NCBI GenBank assembly: GCA_963789265.1
Contig: CAWBKB010000003.1
Coordinates: 992,001-1,056,000, forward strand
Length of the DNA stretch: 64,000 nucleotides
DNA from: an uncultured delta proteobacterium
GTDB taxonomy: Bacteria > Desulfobacterota > Desulfomonilia > Desulfomonilales > Desulfomonilaceae
Reading direction: 5' to 3'
Shown here: positions 40,941-51,174 of the stretch, piece after piece
How the letters are laid out: each line of letters starts with the position of its first letter
Position numbering within the stretch: position 1 is the stretch's first letter
Translations under genes and position numbers: made by a program
Notes under the pieces: model-generated
The model's input: the letters and a program-made list of their open reading frames with translations, nothing else
What the model was told of the DNA's origin: nothing
The model's database searches: none

Positions 40941-42392
40941 ATGCAAGTTCTATTAATCGCTCCACCTCTGAATAGATTTGGAGGCCGAGACTGGAATACA
41001 TTTCATTTGGGCTTGGGATATCTGGCTGCCGTACTTCGTAATGAGGGACATCGGGTATTGATATACGATGCAAACGTCAATAGCGACTCCGGCGCGTCCG
41101 CTTGCTCACCGAACCGGTTGCGTGAGAGATTTGAGGCCGGACTAAGAGATGACGAACATCCTGTATGGAAGGAAGCTAAGGCCGTGATACGAGACACTAG
41201 GCCAGACGTGGTAGGCATAACTTGCAGGGTGCCCGACATGATGGCCGCCACCAAAATCGCCCAAATCGTTAAATCTATTGACGAGAAATGCGTCACTGTC
41301 ATGGGGGGACCGGCCGCAACGACATGTACAGATCTCATCCTTCAGGAATCTTGTGTGGATTTTGTTGTGCGTGGCGAGGGTGAGATTACCATGGTGGAGC
41401 TGTTACGCCTTTTGGCAGTCACTCGACCAGATTTTTCCAAGGTCGATGGTCTGTCCTTCCGAGGCCAAGATGGCGCAATCCATAATAGGAGCCGAGCTCT
41501 GATTCGAAACATAGATACTTTGCCGTTTCCGGCCCGTGATTTGCTGATGTTCGCGGACCGCCTTACAAAAAAGACGCGCCTTAGCCTCATGGGTCACTTA
41601 ATTACATCTCGCGGCTGCCCGTACTTATGCACGTACTGCGCCAATCATGCGGTATGGGGAACGCGGCGCGTTCGTATGCGGTCCCCCGATTCAGTAGTGG
41701 CCGAAGTCTTGCACTTGCGTGACGTCTATGGAGTCAAGCGCGTAATCTTCTGGGACGACCACTTGACAACCAGGAGAGACAGGGTTGTGACGTTCTGTAA
41801 TCTGTTGATAGAGAAAAAAGCTAACGTTCAATGGCTGAGTTTCGTGAGAGCAGACACCATTGACGCGGAACTTCTCCAATTGATGAAAAGAGCGGGTTGT
41901 TATGAACTCCAGATGGGTGTCGAATCGGGGAGCGAACGAATACTCAAAAAGATTAGAAAGGGCGTGACACTGGATCAAATCAGGAAGACGGCCAAACTGC
42001 TACGAGAAAGCGGGCTACGCTGGCATGCGTTCCTGATGATAGGGTTTCCCGGTGAGACTTTGGTCGAGATGGAGGCAACGATGCAACTGCTATCCGAACT
42101 TTACCCCGATTCCGCTGAGCTAAGCGTTGTATCGCCTTATCCGGGAACAGAACTTTTTGAAAATGCCATTCGAGAGGGGCAGTTGGACCCAAGTGGATGG
42201 CAGGCCGCGGATACATGCAGGCCCGAATCTGTTCTTGTTGACACTATGTCGCGGGATGCCTTTCGGGATTTGGCACTTAGATACATGAAAGAATGCGACG
42301 CGTTCAACGCGAGCAGGACTCCCTGGCATAGGCGTGCGGCACGAGCAGTCAGGAAACGAATTCACCGAACATGGGGTCAGATGGGCCGATAA
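40941..42392 (+). CDS. Cobalamin-binding radical SAM protein (class B methyltransferase-like)
   Basis: LGLGYLAA, GGP, GEGE, TSRGCPYLCTYC (CxxxCxxC), GVESGS, MIGFPGET, PYPGT. Confidence 0.92.
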   Translation: MQVLLIAPPLNRFGGRDWNTFHLGLGYLAAVLRNEGHRVLIYDANVNSDSGASACSPNRLRERFEAGLRDDEHPVWKEAKAVIRDTRPDVVGITCRVPDMMAATKIAQIVKSIDEKCVTVMGGPAATTCTDLILQESCVDFVVRGEGEITMVELLRLLAVTRPDFSKVDGLSFRGQDGAIHNRSRALIRNIDTLPFPARDLLMFADRLTKKTRLSLMGHLITSRGCPYLCTYCANHAVWGTRRVRMRSPDSVVAEVLHLRDVYGVKRVIFWDDHLTTRRDRVVTFCNLLIEKKANVQWLSFVRADTIDAELLQLMKRAGCYELQMGVESGSERILKKIRKGVTLDQIRKTAKLLRESGLRWHAFLMIGFPGETLVEMEATMQLLSELYPDSAELSVVSPYPGTELFENAIREGQLDPSGWQAADTCRPESVLVDTMSRDAFRDLALRYMKECDAFNASRTPWHRRAARAVRKRIHRTWGQMGR

Positions 42393-42396
42393 AATC

Positions 42397-43263
42397 ATGA
42401 ACGTAAGAGAATTTGTCAAATTGGTTACTCCGCCGTTGGCTATCAAATTGGCCAAGCGTTTTCTGTCCCGGTTGTTGTGGCCAAAGGAATGGGAATACGT
42501 TCCTGAAGGTTGGGCCTACACGCGGAGTCATACCGGTGTCAAAGGGTGGGCTGCCACGGATGTGTTGAAGCTTTACCGCCAGAAATGGCCGACGTTTGTG
42601 CAAATGGTCGAAGGAGCAAATCTTCTCGGGTTCTCCCACGAATCTGATCTCACGAGCTGCACTGATGTGATTCAGCACAATACGATAATGGTCTTTGCCT
42701 ATTCCATTGCTCTGGCCGCGCATGGTCTCAGCTCCATGTCCGTACTGGACTGGGGTGGAGGTATTGGTCACTATTACGTCTTGGCTCGTTCCTTAATACA
42801 GAACGTTGAGATAGATTATCATTGTAGAGACTTGTCGCTGTTTGCTGATTACGGAAGAGAGCTTTTCCCCACACAGCATTTCTATGTGGACGAATCGTGT
42901 TTCGATCGTACCTACGACTTCGTATTGACCAGCAGCTCTCTACAGTATGCTGAGCATTGGGAAGATGTATTGGGAGATCTGAGCCGTGTAACGAATGGTT
43001 ACATTCTAGTTACGCGTCTTCCTATAATTAACGATGGTAAGTCTTTTGTTTATGTGCAGCGCCCTTATGCGCACGGGTACAACACTGAATACTTAGGCTG
43101 GTGTATCGCGCGGCAATCTCTTTTGAATCAAGCCTTCGAATCCAAGCTCACTCTCGTGCGAGAATTCATAATTGGAGAGAGTGCCCACATCTCAAACGCT
43201 CCCGGCCAATGCGAATTTAGGGGTTACCTGTTTCGATCTATGAAAAGAGGGGATCTTCGCTGA
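42397..43263 (+). CDS. Putative SAM-dependent methyltransferase (TIGR04325-like)
   Basis: SVLDWGGGIGHYY, SSSLQY, RLP. Confidence 0.75.
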   Translation: MNVREFVKLVTPPLAIKLAKRFLSRLLWPKEWEYVPEGWAYTRSHTGVKGWAATDVLKLYRQKWPTFVQMVEGANLLGFSHESDLTSCTDVIQHNTIMVFAYSIALAAHGLSSMSVLDWGGGIGHYYVLARSLIQNVEIDYHCRDLSLFADYGRELFPTQHFYVDESCFDRTYDFVLTSSSLQYAEHWEDVLGDLSRVTNGYILVTRLPIINDGKSFVYVQRPYAHGYNTEYLGWCIARQSLLNQAFESKLTLVREFIIGESAHISNAPGQCEFRGYLFRSMKRGDLR

Positions 43264-43339
43264 ACTGTGTTTGTACTATTAAAGAATCGAGCGGAAGTCT
43301 CGATGTACCACAGTCCAGTAACCGTGGGAGAGCGTCTCA

Positions 43340-44549
43340 ATGAATGTGGGTGTAGTCGTATCTGACCAAGCCCCGGAAGATGGTGGCGGTTACGTTTTCG
43401 AACTTGAGATTCTGCAGTCCCTTATGGAGGGTGCTCATGAGAGCACCCACATTTTCAAGGTATTTTGCCAAGCAAACTGGCTCAAGATCATTCAGCAATT
43501 GCCCAATTGCGCTCAAATGGAAGTTACGTCCTACGTCAGCCGCGACCGGCGCGTAATTCTGGAAAAGGCCCTCACAGGCATAAGTTGGAGGTTTGGCAGT
43601 CTTTATCACAAAATGTGGGCGAGAGGCGGTCTTGAAATGGCGGCCCGTGGAAGCGGTATGGATTTCATATGGCTTCTTGGTACAGACGTATCCCGACCTT
43701 GATCTGCCATACATGACAGTCGTATGGGATTTGCAGCACAGGCTGCAACCCTGGTTTCCCGAACTGAGTTCTCGAGGGGAGTGGGAGGCCAGAGAAGCCC
43801 GCTATTCCACTTTTCTGCGGAAAGCCACAAAGATTATTGCAGGTACGGAGGCGGGACGAAATGAGATTCAAATGTTTTACCAGGTGCCGATCGAACGTAT
43901 AGAAATATTACCCCACCCGACCCCGGGATTTTGCCTGAAAGGTCCCGAAAGTGACCCGAAAGACGTGCTTGCCAAGTACAAGATCCCGGAAAGATATTTA
44001 TTCTATCCTGCCCAATTTTGGTCCCACAAGAATCACGCGAACCTTCTACTTGCCATAAGGCAACTGCTGGACCGACACGGCCGGGTTATGCCTGCGGTCT
44101 TCGTGGGATCCGACAAAGGTAATCTTGAGCACATTAGAAAACTGACAGCCGAACTGGGCTTAACCGGTCAAGTTCATTTTCTCGGCTTTGTGTCTCAAGC
44201 CGATTTGATTTCACTTTATAGGAATGCCTTTGCATTGACCTACGTGTCGTTCTGTGGCCCGGAGAACTTACCCCCTCTCGAGGCTATTGCTCTTGGTTGT
44301 CCCGTTGTGGCATCAAAAGTGTCCGGTGCCGCGGAACAACTTGGCGAAGCTGCCTTATTGGTAGACCCATCAAATCCTGAAGAAATCGCCAATGCCATTA
44401 AGGTGCTACTGGATGATCCAAGCCTGGTGCGCACAATGGTGGAGAGAGGCCGTCAGCGGGCTTTGAGATGGACGGGCCGCGACTTTGTTCATGGGATCTT
44501 TAAGATCCTTGACGATTTTGAGCCAATAAGACGGTGCTTTCCCTCATGA
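43340..44549 (+). CDS. Glycosyltransferase family 4; frameshift near 43690
   Basis: TVVWDLQHR, FYPAQFWSHKNH, GPENLPPLEA..LGCPV. Confidence 0.85.
44169..44516 (+). repeat. GT4 3' segment duplicated at 45574-45921
   Basis: Near-identical nucleotide sequence with scattered substitutions. Confidence 0.9.
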
Positions 44550-44651
44550 TGGAGAAATTTCCTTGCAACTGTGCCGTAGTAGAGGCTTGCGTCGCGTCTA
44601 AATTGCAAGGAGGTGAATCCTCCCTGCCCAAAAAGTGCGAGGAGTCTATCC

Positions 44652-45278
44652 GTGCTAATTTCACGTAGCCACAAGTTTATCTTCATACACGTACACAAAA
44701 ATGCAGGCACGAGCATCCAGAGTGCATTGATGCCGTTCGCGGCAAGCAAGCTGCAGATTTTATTGAGCCGAGCGCTGAGGAGATTTGGTGTTAGAATTTA
44801 CCCTTGGCCTTTTGCCGACCATGTGACGGCATCTGATATAATTTCTAAAATGGGGAAAGAGAATTTCGAAACTTACTTTTCATTTGCAGTAGTGCGAAAT
44901 CCTTGGGACTGGCAAGCATCGTTATATACTTTCATCCTAAAAGAAATCAATCACTTCGAGCACCGCCATGTCAAAGGGTTCCGGGATTTTGACGAGAACA
45001 TCGAATGGCGTTGCTCGCAGGAAGTAGACTGTCAGAAAGACTTTATCTTCGATCAAAATGGAGCACAGCTAGTCGATTTTGTGGTCCGGTTCGAGAATTT
45101 GGAAGCAGACTTTCAATACATTTGTACTCGTCTGGGCATTTCCGCCACTTTGCCGAGGCTGAATGTTTCCAAGACCAGGCCATACCAAGAATTCTATAGC
45201 GAGAAAAGCGCTGCGCTAGTGAGAGAGACATTTGCGCCTGACATCGAGCTTTTCGGCTACGAGTTCGGGAAACCCTGA
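44652..45278 (+). CDS. Sulfotransferase family 2 protein
   Basis: FIFIHVHKNAGTSI (5'-PSB), VRNPWDW..S.Y (3'-PB), RFENL..DF, DIELFGY. Confidence 0.88.
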   Translation: MLISRSHKFIFIHVHKNAGTSIQSALMPFAASKLQILLSRALRRFGVRIYPWPFADHVTASDIISKMGKENFETYFSFAVVRNPWDWQASLYTFILKEINHFEHRHVKGFRDFDENIEWRCSQEVDCQKDFIFDQNGAQLVDFVVRFENLEADFQYICTRLGISATLPRLNVSKTRPYQEFYSEKSAALVRETFAPDIELFGYEFGKP

Positions 45279-45570
45279 AAAATTGTCAACTCTGTGACGA
45301 CCTATGAAGAAAAAGCTCATTTTTGTCGGGACATCCGGGTGGACTTATGATGATTGGTCAGGGCGGTTCTATCCGGAAAAAGTGAAAGGTTCTGAGAGGC
45401 TTTCCTACTACGCGAGCCAGTTCGACACTGTGGAAGTAAATGCTACCTTTTACCGACTGCCTTCCCAGGCGATGATCTCAGCTTGGAATAAGCGGCTTCA
45501 AGAAGGTTTTCACCTTGTGGTCAAGGGCTCTCGCTTAATAACGCGCATGAAAAAGCTGGGAGATTGCGAG
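45231..45570 (+). repeat. Sulfotransferase tail + intergenic + DUF72 5' segment, duplicated at ~47346-47688
   Basis: Colinear copies differing mainly at third codon positions. Confidence 0.9.
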
Positions 45571-46044
45571 GAACAGGTTCATTTTCTCGGCTTCGTGTCT
45601 CGAGCCGATTTGATTTCACTTTATAGGAATGCCTTTGCATTGACCTACGTGTCGTTCTGTGGCCCGGAGAACTTACCCCCTCTCGAGGTTTTTGCTCTTG
45701 GTTGTCCTGTTGTGGCATCAAAAGTGTCCGGTGCCGCGGAACAACTTGGCGAAGCTGCCATATTGGTAGACCCATCAAATCCTGAAGAAATCGCCAATGC
45801 CATTAAGGTGCTACTGGATGATCCAAGCCTGGTGCGCACAATGGTGGAGAGAGGCCGTCAGCGGGCTTTGAGATGGACGGGCCGCGACTTTGTTCATGGG
45901 GTCTTTAAGATCCTTGACGATCTTGATCAATGCGGCGAATGCGATTGTGGACTCATACTTCTTGTCGGAGAGAGGGAACGCGGCAGGCCTTTGACTGCGC
46001 AGCAGCAATTCGGAAGAGTCACCCGATCAAGATTGCGGGGATAA
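45304..46044 (+). pseudogene. In-frame chimera: DUF72 N-terminus fused to GT4 C-terminus
   Basis: First ~89 aa match ORF 47420; the next ~116 aa match the GT4 C-terminus; junction at ~45570-45574. Confidence 0.85.
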
Positions 46045-46082
46045 ATAGAGAAAAGCTTTTTATTGGCACAGGAGGTCGCCAA

Positions 46083-47033
46083 ATGCATACGGTTTGGAAT
46101 GGAAGACTCAAATCCCTGATGAAGAAATACGGGATTCCCACCAAGACGCTTCGGAGCCTTTTCGGGAAACCGTTCGCATCAGGCAAGGTACGCGCTCACG
46201 GGATAAACCGGAATACAGATATGGATCCTTCAAGAACCCAATCGCTGCCAAGGAATTTTTTCGACAAGATCGAAACGCCAACTGACATGTCGAGGCAATC
46301 CTGTTTCTTGTTCTCCTTGCCGAAGGCGGGTAGCGTTCTTCTGAATAATATCTTCGGCAAGCTCAGCGCGGAAGTCGGGCTCTCGTGGGTGGATCTACCA
46401 GGGTATTGTTTTCAAAATGGTATTTTGCCGAAGAAGCTCGGGGAAGACGTCGCGAACATATTTCGGCCACGAGGTTATTGTTATGGAGGTTTTCGCTGTT
46501 TTGCGGAGGAGTATGTGATTAGTGACCTTGATAAATGTAAAAGTATTTTATTGGTCCGCGATCCACGCGACATCCTTGTATCAGATTACTTTTCTATGCG
46601 ATCGAGCCATCCACCGCCAGGCGGAAACGGCGCTCTGAAAAAGATGTTCGACGAAATTAGGGTTGCGGCATTAGAAATGGATATTGATCAATATGTGATT
46701 TCGATGTCATCCGAATACCTACATCGTTTTGAGAGCTACAGGCACGGATTGAAGGACAGAGTGCCCTACAAGCTTTACAGGTACGAGGATGTGATCTTTG
46801 AAAAAAGAAGATGGATTGCGTCAATGATGGAGTATTTGGGTTGGGAAATTTCTCCTAAGATACTGAACAGAGTCGCCTCTGAGTTCGATGCCATTCCCAG
46901 AACCGAGGACGAAACTAGACACATTCGCCAAGTAACCCCCGGAGATCATAAGCGCAAATTGAGACCAGGAACTATCTCCGACCTCAACAAAATGTTCAGT
47001 GAAATAATGCAAGAATTCGGGTATCCACCATAA
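46083..47033 (+). CDS. Sulfotransferase domain protein
   Basis: SLPKAGS (5'-PSB), LVRDPRDILVS.YFS (3'-PB), RYED, HIR...PGD...L; AGGAGG RBS. Confidence 0.85.
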   Translation: MHTVWNGRLKSLMKKYGIPTKTLRSLFGKPFASGKVRAHGINRNTDMDPSRTQSLPRNFFDKIETPTDMSRQSCFLFSLPKAGSVLLNNIFGKLSAEVGLSWVDLPGYCFQNGILPKKLGEDVANIFRPRGYCYGGFRCFAEEYVISDLDKCKSILLVRDPRDILVSDYFSMRSSHPPPGGNGALKKMFDEIRVAALEMDIDQYVISMSSEYLHRFESYRHGLKDRVPYKLYRYEDVIFEKRRWIASMMEYLGWEISPKILNRVASEFDAIPRTEDETRHIRQVTPGDHKRKLRPGTISDLNKMFSEIMQEFGYPP

Positions 47034-47065
47034 CAACTCGGTCCATGCTTCATACCTTAAATTCC

Positions 47066-47345
47066 TGGGCGCTCTGAGGAATTGACCCTTCTGTGCTCTT
47101 ATCAATTGACCCGTTTAGTGAGCGGATGATTCTGGGTTCATTTTGATTTGGATGTTTGTTTCTTGGAGGGGTTGTTTTCGGTTTCTTGAGATTCAGTTTG
47201 AGCGGGGACTCGTAGGGATGGTCCGGATATGCGGATGGTGGTGCAGTGGTGGTTGAGGCGATCCAGCAGAGCGTCCACCAGTGGCTTGCGCTTGAACAGG
47301 TCGTACCATTGGGGGTAATCGAGGTTCGTCGTGATGATGGTAGAT
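47066..47345 (-). mobile_element. istB: IS21-family remnant: istB 3' end and terminal repeats
   Basis: STIITTNL...W...ALLDRLNHH....I.GPSLR; two AATTGACCC repeats next to a TG end. Confidence 0.8.
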
Positions 47346-47419
47346 TTTGCCCCTGACATCGAGCTTTTCGGCTACGAGTTCGGGAAGCCCTGAAGAAATT
47401 GTCAACTCGGTGACGACCC

Positions 47420-48160
47420 ATGAAGAAAAGGCTCATTTTCGTCGGGACTTCCGGCTGGACTTATGATGATTGGTCAGGGCGGTTCTATCCGGAAAAAGTG
47501 AAAGGTTCCGAGAGGCTTTCCTATTACGCGACCCAATTCGACACTGTGGAGGTAAATGCCACCTTTTACCGACTGCCTTCCCAGGCGATGATCTCAGCTT
47601 GGAATAAGCGGCTTGAAGAAGGTTTTCACCTTGTGGTCAAGGGGTCTCGCTTAATAACGCACATGAAAAAACTGGAAGATTGCGAGGTACCTCTCCAGAC
47701 GTTTTGGGATCGCATCAATCAACTGGCCCGGTTAAAGGTGATTTTGTGGCAACTCCCTCCTTCGCTCCACAAAGATACGGAACGTCTCGAACGATTTCTC
47801 TCTTTGCTCCCTGAAAATGTTCGGCATGCCGTGGAATTCCGCCATAAGAGTTGGTGGGATGAGGAGACGACTGCCATTCTGTCCGGGCATGGCGTGGCGT
47901 TTGTAGCTGTGAGCCACCTGACGTTACCCGACACCGTGTACTGCACCGCAGATTTTCTGTACGTCAGATTTCACGGTACTGGCCGAGAAACCTATCGCTA
48001 CGATTACCCAGATGAAGAACTGGCGGGATGGACGGCCAACCTCAAGCCTCACCTGAAAAAGAGTACCTGGTACGCTTTCTTCAATAACGACTACGAGGGA
48101 AATGCTCCTCGAAACGCGATGACTCTGCGGAAGATGCTCTTCGATGCCGGTTTTGAGTAG
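47420..48160 (+). CDS. DUF72 family protein
   Basis: VGTSGW.Y..W...FYP, TVEVNATFYR, QLPPS, AVEFRH.SW, YVRFHG, FFNND. Confidence 0.92.
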   Translation: MKKRLIFVGTSGWTYDDWSGRFYPEKVKGSERLSYYATQFDTVEVNATFYRLPSQAMISAWNKRLEEGFHLVVKGSRLITHMKKLEDCEVPLQTFWDRINQLARLKVILWQLPPSLHKDTERLERFLSLLPENVRHAVEFRHKSWWDEETTAILSGHGVAFVAVSHLTLPDTVYCTADFLYVRFHGTGRETYRYDYPDEELAGWTANLKPHLKKSTWYAFFNNDYEGNAPRNAMTLRKMLFDAGFE

Positions 48161-48185
48161 AAGAGGCTGTCATCTAAATCAGATC

Positions 48186-48292
48186 GGTAGGACAGTCCCG
48201 CGCCTCGCGGGACAGCCTGTCGCTAATGACGGGCAAGATGCCCGTCGCCACTGCAAGATGCCCGTCGCCACTGCAAGATGCCCGTCGCCACC
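48186..48292. repeat. REP-like element ending in three tandem copies of GCAAGATGCCCGTCGCCACT
   Basis: Units at 48233-48252, 48253-48272 and 48273-48292 (last base differs); no spacers. Confidence 0.85.
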
Positions 48293-48483
48293 AAGTCATC
48301 TTCTTTTTCTGTCATTACTTTCAAAAGTCCTCTATGAGATTTGCGATATCCCGATACGAACAATCACTCCTCATCTGTCTGCTCTTACCGCCTCCCTCCT
48401 CTAGCCTGATCCCTGCGAAAATGCTCGGATCCGAACCTGAATGAAGCGAGATCCGAAATCAATGGAAATAAGGAGCCTTCTTA

Positions 48484-49738
48484 TCACGTGCGTTTGTGAC
48501 CGTCAGTGATAAACACCTGTTTCTTGGGTAACTTGTCTACAATTCTCTTCGGCAAATGGAAGTTGGTCTCCAAGAGATATGCCGGATGCGCGGCGAGAAC
48601 TGTGCTCAAGCTTATTTCCTGGTACTCCCCGCTGTTGAAGACAATGATAAGCTCTGCGGGCTTATCACCAATATTTTCGAGAGAGTGTCCGTAGCCCATA
48701 GGAGCAAATCCTATGTCGCCCGCGGCCAACTCTTCATTCTTTGCTAAGCCGTGGGACGCAAAGACAGTGAGACGGATCTTACCCGAAAGAATGTATTGCC
48801 ACTCATCTGCGTTGGGGTGCCAGTGCAGTTCACGGAGCGCTCCCCGATCGAGCTTTAGCAATACCCCTGTCATGGTTGTTGAAATGGGGAATTGGCTCGA
48901 CGAAGCCATGCGAACCTCTCCATCGGGGTATTGCCTGAACGGCTTTTGAGAACCAAGCGCATACTTGTGAGTCAGAGGTGGAGCGAGCACTGTTTCGGGT
49001 CCTGAAATGGGAGTGACCGGCAGAGCGGGCGGCACCTGCCCCTGGGTTATGTAAACCTCTTTATTAGGGAGATCCCTCAGGTCCGAAGCCGGTAGTAGAA
49101 GATTCTTAGCCACTATCTCTTTCGGTGTCTGGGCAAGCCAGTCCGTGAAGCTGAACGTAGCGAATTCCGAGAAGTACCCGTTGTCAAAGACAAGCAGGAA
49201 TTTGGTTCCAGTTGGCCCAAGTCCTTCAATTGAATGCGCGTGCCCACGCGGAAAATACCAGACGTCTCCGGGCCCGAAGTCCACAACCTCTATTCGGCCT
49301 TGTGGGTCCAGTATAGTAGTTCTGGCGTGACCTTCGATTACATACGCCCATTCAGCCGCGTTGGCGTGCCAGTGCAGTTCGCGAAGACCACCCGGAGTCA
49401 ATGTCATCAGTACACCTGCAATGTTTTTCGATACGGGAAACTCCCTCGCGCTAACCTCTCGCGCGGTGCCACCCGGGAGTTTCTCGCGCGGGCTGTTTTA
49501 CCAGTGAAATTCGGAAGTCGGGCAAAGTCGTCTCTTCCTTCCGATTCTTCTCGGCGTTCCGGGACGGAGTTGCTTCTCCATTGGACGACAATATCAAAGG
49601 AGATGCCAACACCCCTCCTGCAACCAATGGTAATCCTGTAAGAAATCGTCGCCGACCGATTGAGTGCTCTGCTGGACCAGTATCCTCGCTCGGTCGGTCT
49701 TCTCTTCTTTTTTTCCTATCTTTTACATCTTCATTCAT
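48484..49738 (-). CDS. Bicupin of the oxalate decarboxylase family with twin-arginine signal; frameshift near 49474
   Basis: Two cupin motifs, RELHWHANAAEW and RELHWHPNADEWQY; removing one base joins the upstream GRRRFLTG-hydrophobic leader via PGGTAREVSAREFPVS. Confidence 0.85.
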
Positions 49739-49970
49739 GATCGCATCCTTTCTTCGGCTTGCGGTGGCCGTCTCAATTATTTGGCGGCGCCTGCTTTTTA
49801 CAGAATGTTGCCCTAAACAATTTTGTAAGATTGGATGCGCGCGTATAGCTAAGGATTCCACGGGATGCAACCGTTCACCCTGCAAGCAAGATTCACGGCA
49901 GAGTGCGCAGAGAATAAAGGATGGCTTATATTAGTGCGCCGTAAAATAGTGACAATCCTAGACAGGATAT

Positions 49971-50080
49971 GGTGGGGCATCCCGCGCGGAGCGCGGGATC
50001 GCCCCGGACTCCGATCCGGGGTCCAGTCTGGATGCCCGCGTACGCGGGCATGACGACAGACAAGATGCCCGTCGCCAGCA
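49971..50080. repeat. Composite palindromic repeat
   Basis: atcccgcgcggagcgcgggat, ccccggactccgatccgggg, atgcccgcgtacgcgggcat, then caagatgcccgtcgcca. Confidence 0.6.
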
Positions 50081-50115
50081 ATTCATTCTTTTCCGTGATT
50101 ACATTTAGAATCACA

Positions 50116-51174
50116 CTATGCCCTTGGGTCAACTGACAAAGCCCGCTCGATTTCTTTGCCCACCTCAGCGGCAACTCCATCAAAGGGTGTGCGTCTCACC
50201 CGATGAGGCAATGCCAACTCTGCTGCGGCCAAGACATCCTGAGAAATTACCTTGTCTCGGCCTTGGTACGCCGCAATTGCCCTTGCCGTTTTTAGAGTCA
50301 CGATATCGGCTCTGTGCCCGTCTACGCCGAGCTTCAAACATGCGGATGCAATCTGTTCCAGTGTTGACTTCTCCACCACCACGTCGGCGCACCGCACTAC
50401 GGCAGTTTGGATGCGCTCCGACACCTTTGCGGATTCCACCGACCAGTCCCGGGAAAATCGCACAGGATCCTTGTCAAATTGGAGCCGGCGCCTCATGATC
50501 TCCACCCGCGAACCTGCATCGCGAATTCCTTCGATGTTCACGCACAGGCCGAATCGGTCTAATAGCTGCGGCCTCAGCTCGCCTTCTTCAGGGTTCATAG
50601 TTCCGACGAGAGTGAAACGAGCTGGATGAGCGAATGATACCCCCTCTCGCTCCACAGTATTCACGCCCATAGCTGCTGAATCCAGCAGCACATCCACCAG
50701 ATGGTCGTCGAGCAGGTTCACTTCATCCACGTATAGAATACCCCGGTGAGCCTGAGCCAGGATTCCCGGTTCGAACTTCTTTTGCCCCGTCTTCAGCGCA
50801 TGCTCCAGGTTCAGCGTCCCTACGAGCCTGTCCTCGGTTGCTCCCAACGGCAACTCGACTACCCGGATTTTGCGCTCTTTGACTGCCGGCAAATCCGCTG
50901 CCGAATTGCCGTCACAGCACGCACTGTCCATGCAATAACCGCACACGGTGTGAATGTCTCGAACCGGCAATTGAAAGGGACAGTCTTCGACGACGGCAAT
51001 TGCTGGAAGGATGTCCGCAATACCGCGCGCGGCAGTAGATTTTGCCGTACCTTTTTCTCCTCTAACGAGCAATCCACCTATTGTAGGATCGACAATATTC
51101 AGTATAAGAGCCAGCTTCACCTGCTCTTGGCCCACAATTGCAGTGAACGGGTACAAAGGTTGAGTCCACATCAA
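50116..51174 (-). CDS. BchI/ChlI-like AAA+ ATPase
   Basis: YPFTAIVGQ, GEKGTAKST, ATEDRLVG, LYVDEVN, MNPEEGELRPQLLDRFG. Confidence 0.9.
   Translation of the reverse strand: MMWTQPLYPFTAIVGQEQVKLALILNIVDPTIGGLLVRGEKGTAKSTAARGIADILPAIAVVEDCPFQLPVRDIHTVCGYCMDSACCDGNSAADLPAVKERKIRVVELPLGATEDRLVGTLNLEHALKTGQKKFEPGILAQAHRGILYVDEVNLLDDHLVDVLLDSAAMGVNTVEREGVSFAHPARFTLVGTMNPEEGELRPQLLDRFGLCVNIEGIRDAGSRVEIMRRRLQFDKDPVRFSRDWSVESAKVSERIQTAVVRCADVVVEKSTLEQIASACLKLGVDGHRADIVTLKTARAIAAYQGRDKVISQDVLAAAELALPHRVRRTPFDGVAAEVGKEIERALSVDPRA

Noticed and set aside
48233..48292. Three 20-nt repeats as a CRISPR array
   Set aside because: The units are directly adjacent with no spacers, there are no cas genes, and the unit belongs to a dispersed REP-like family.
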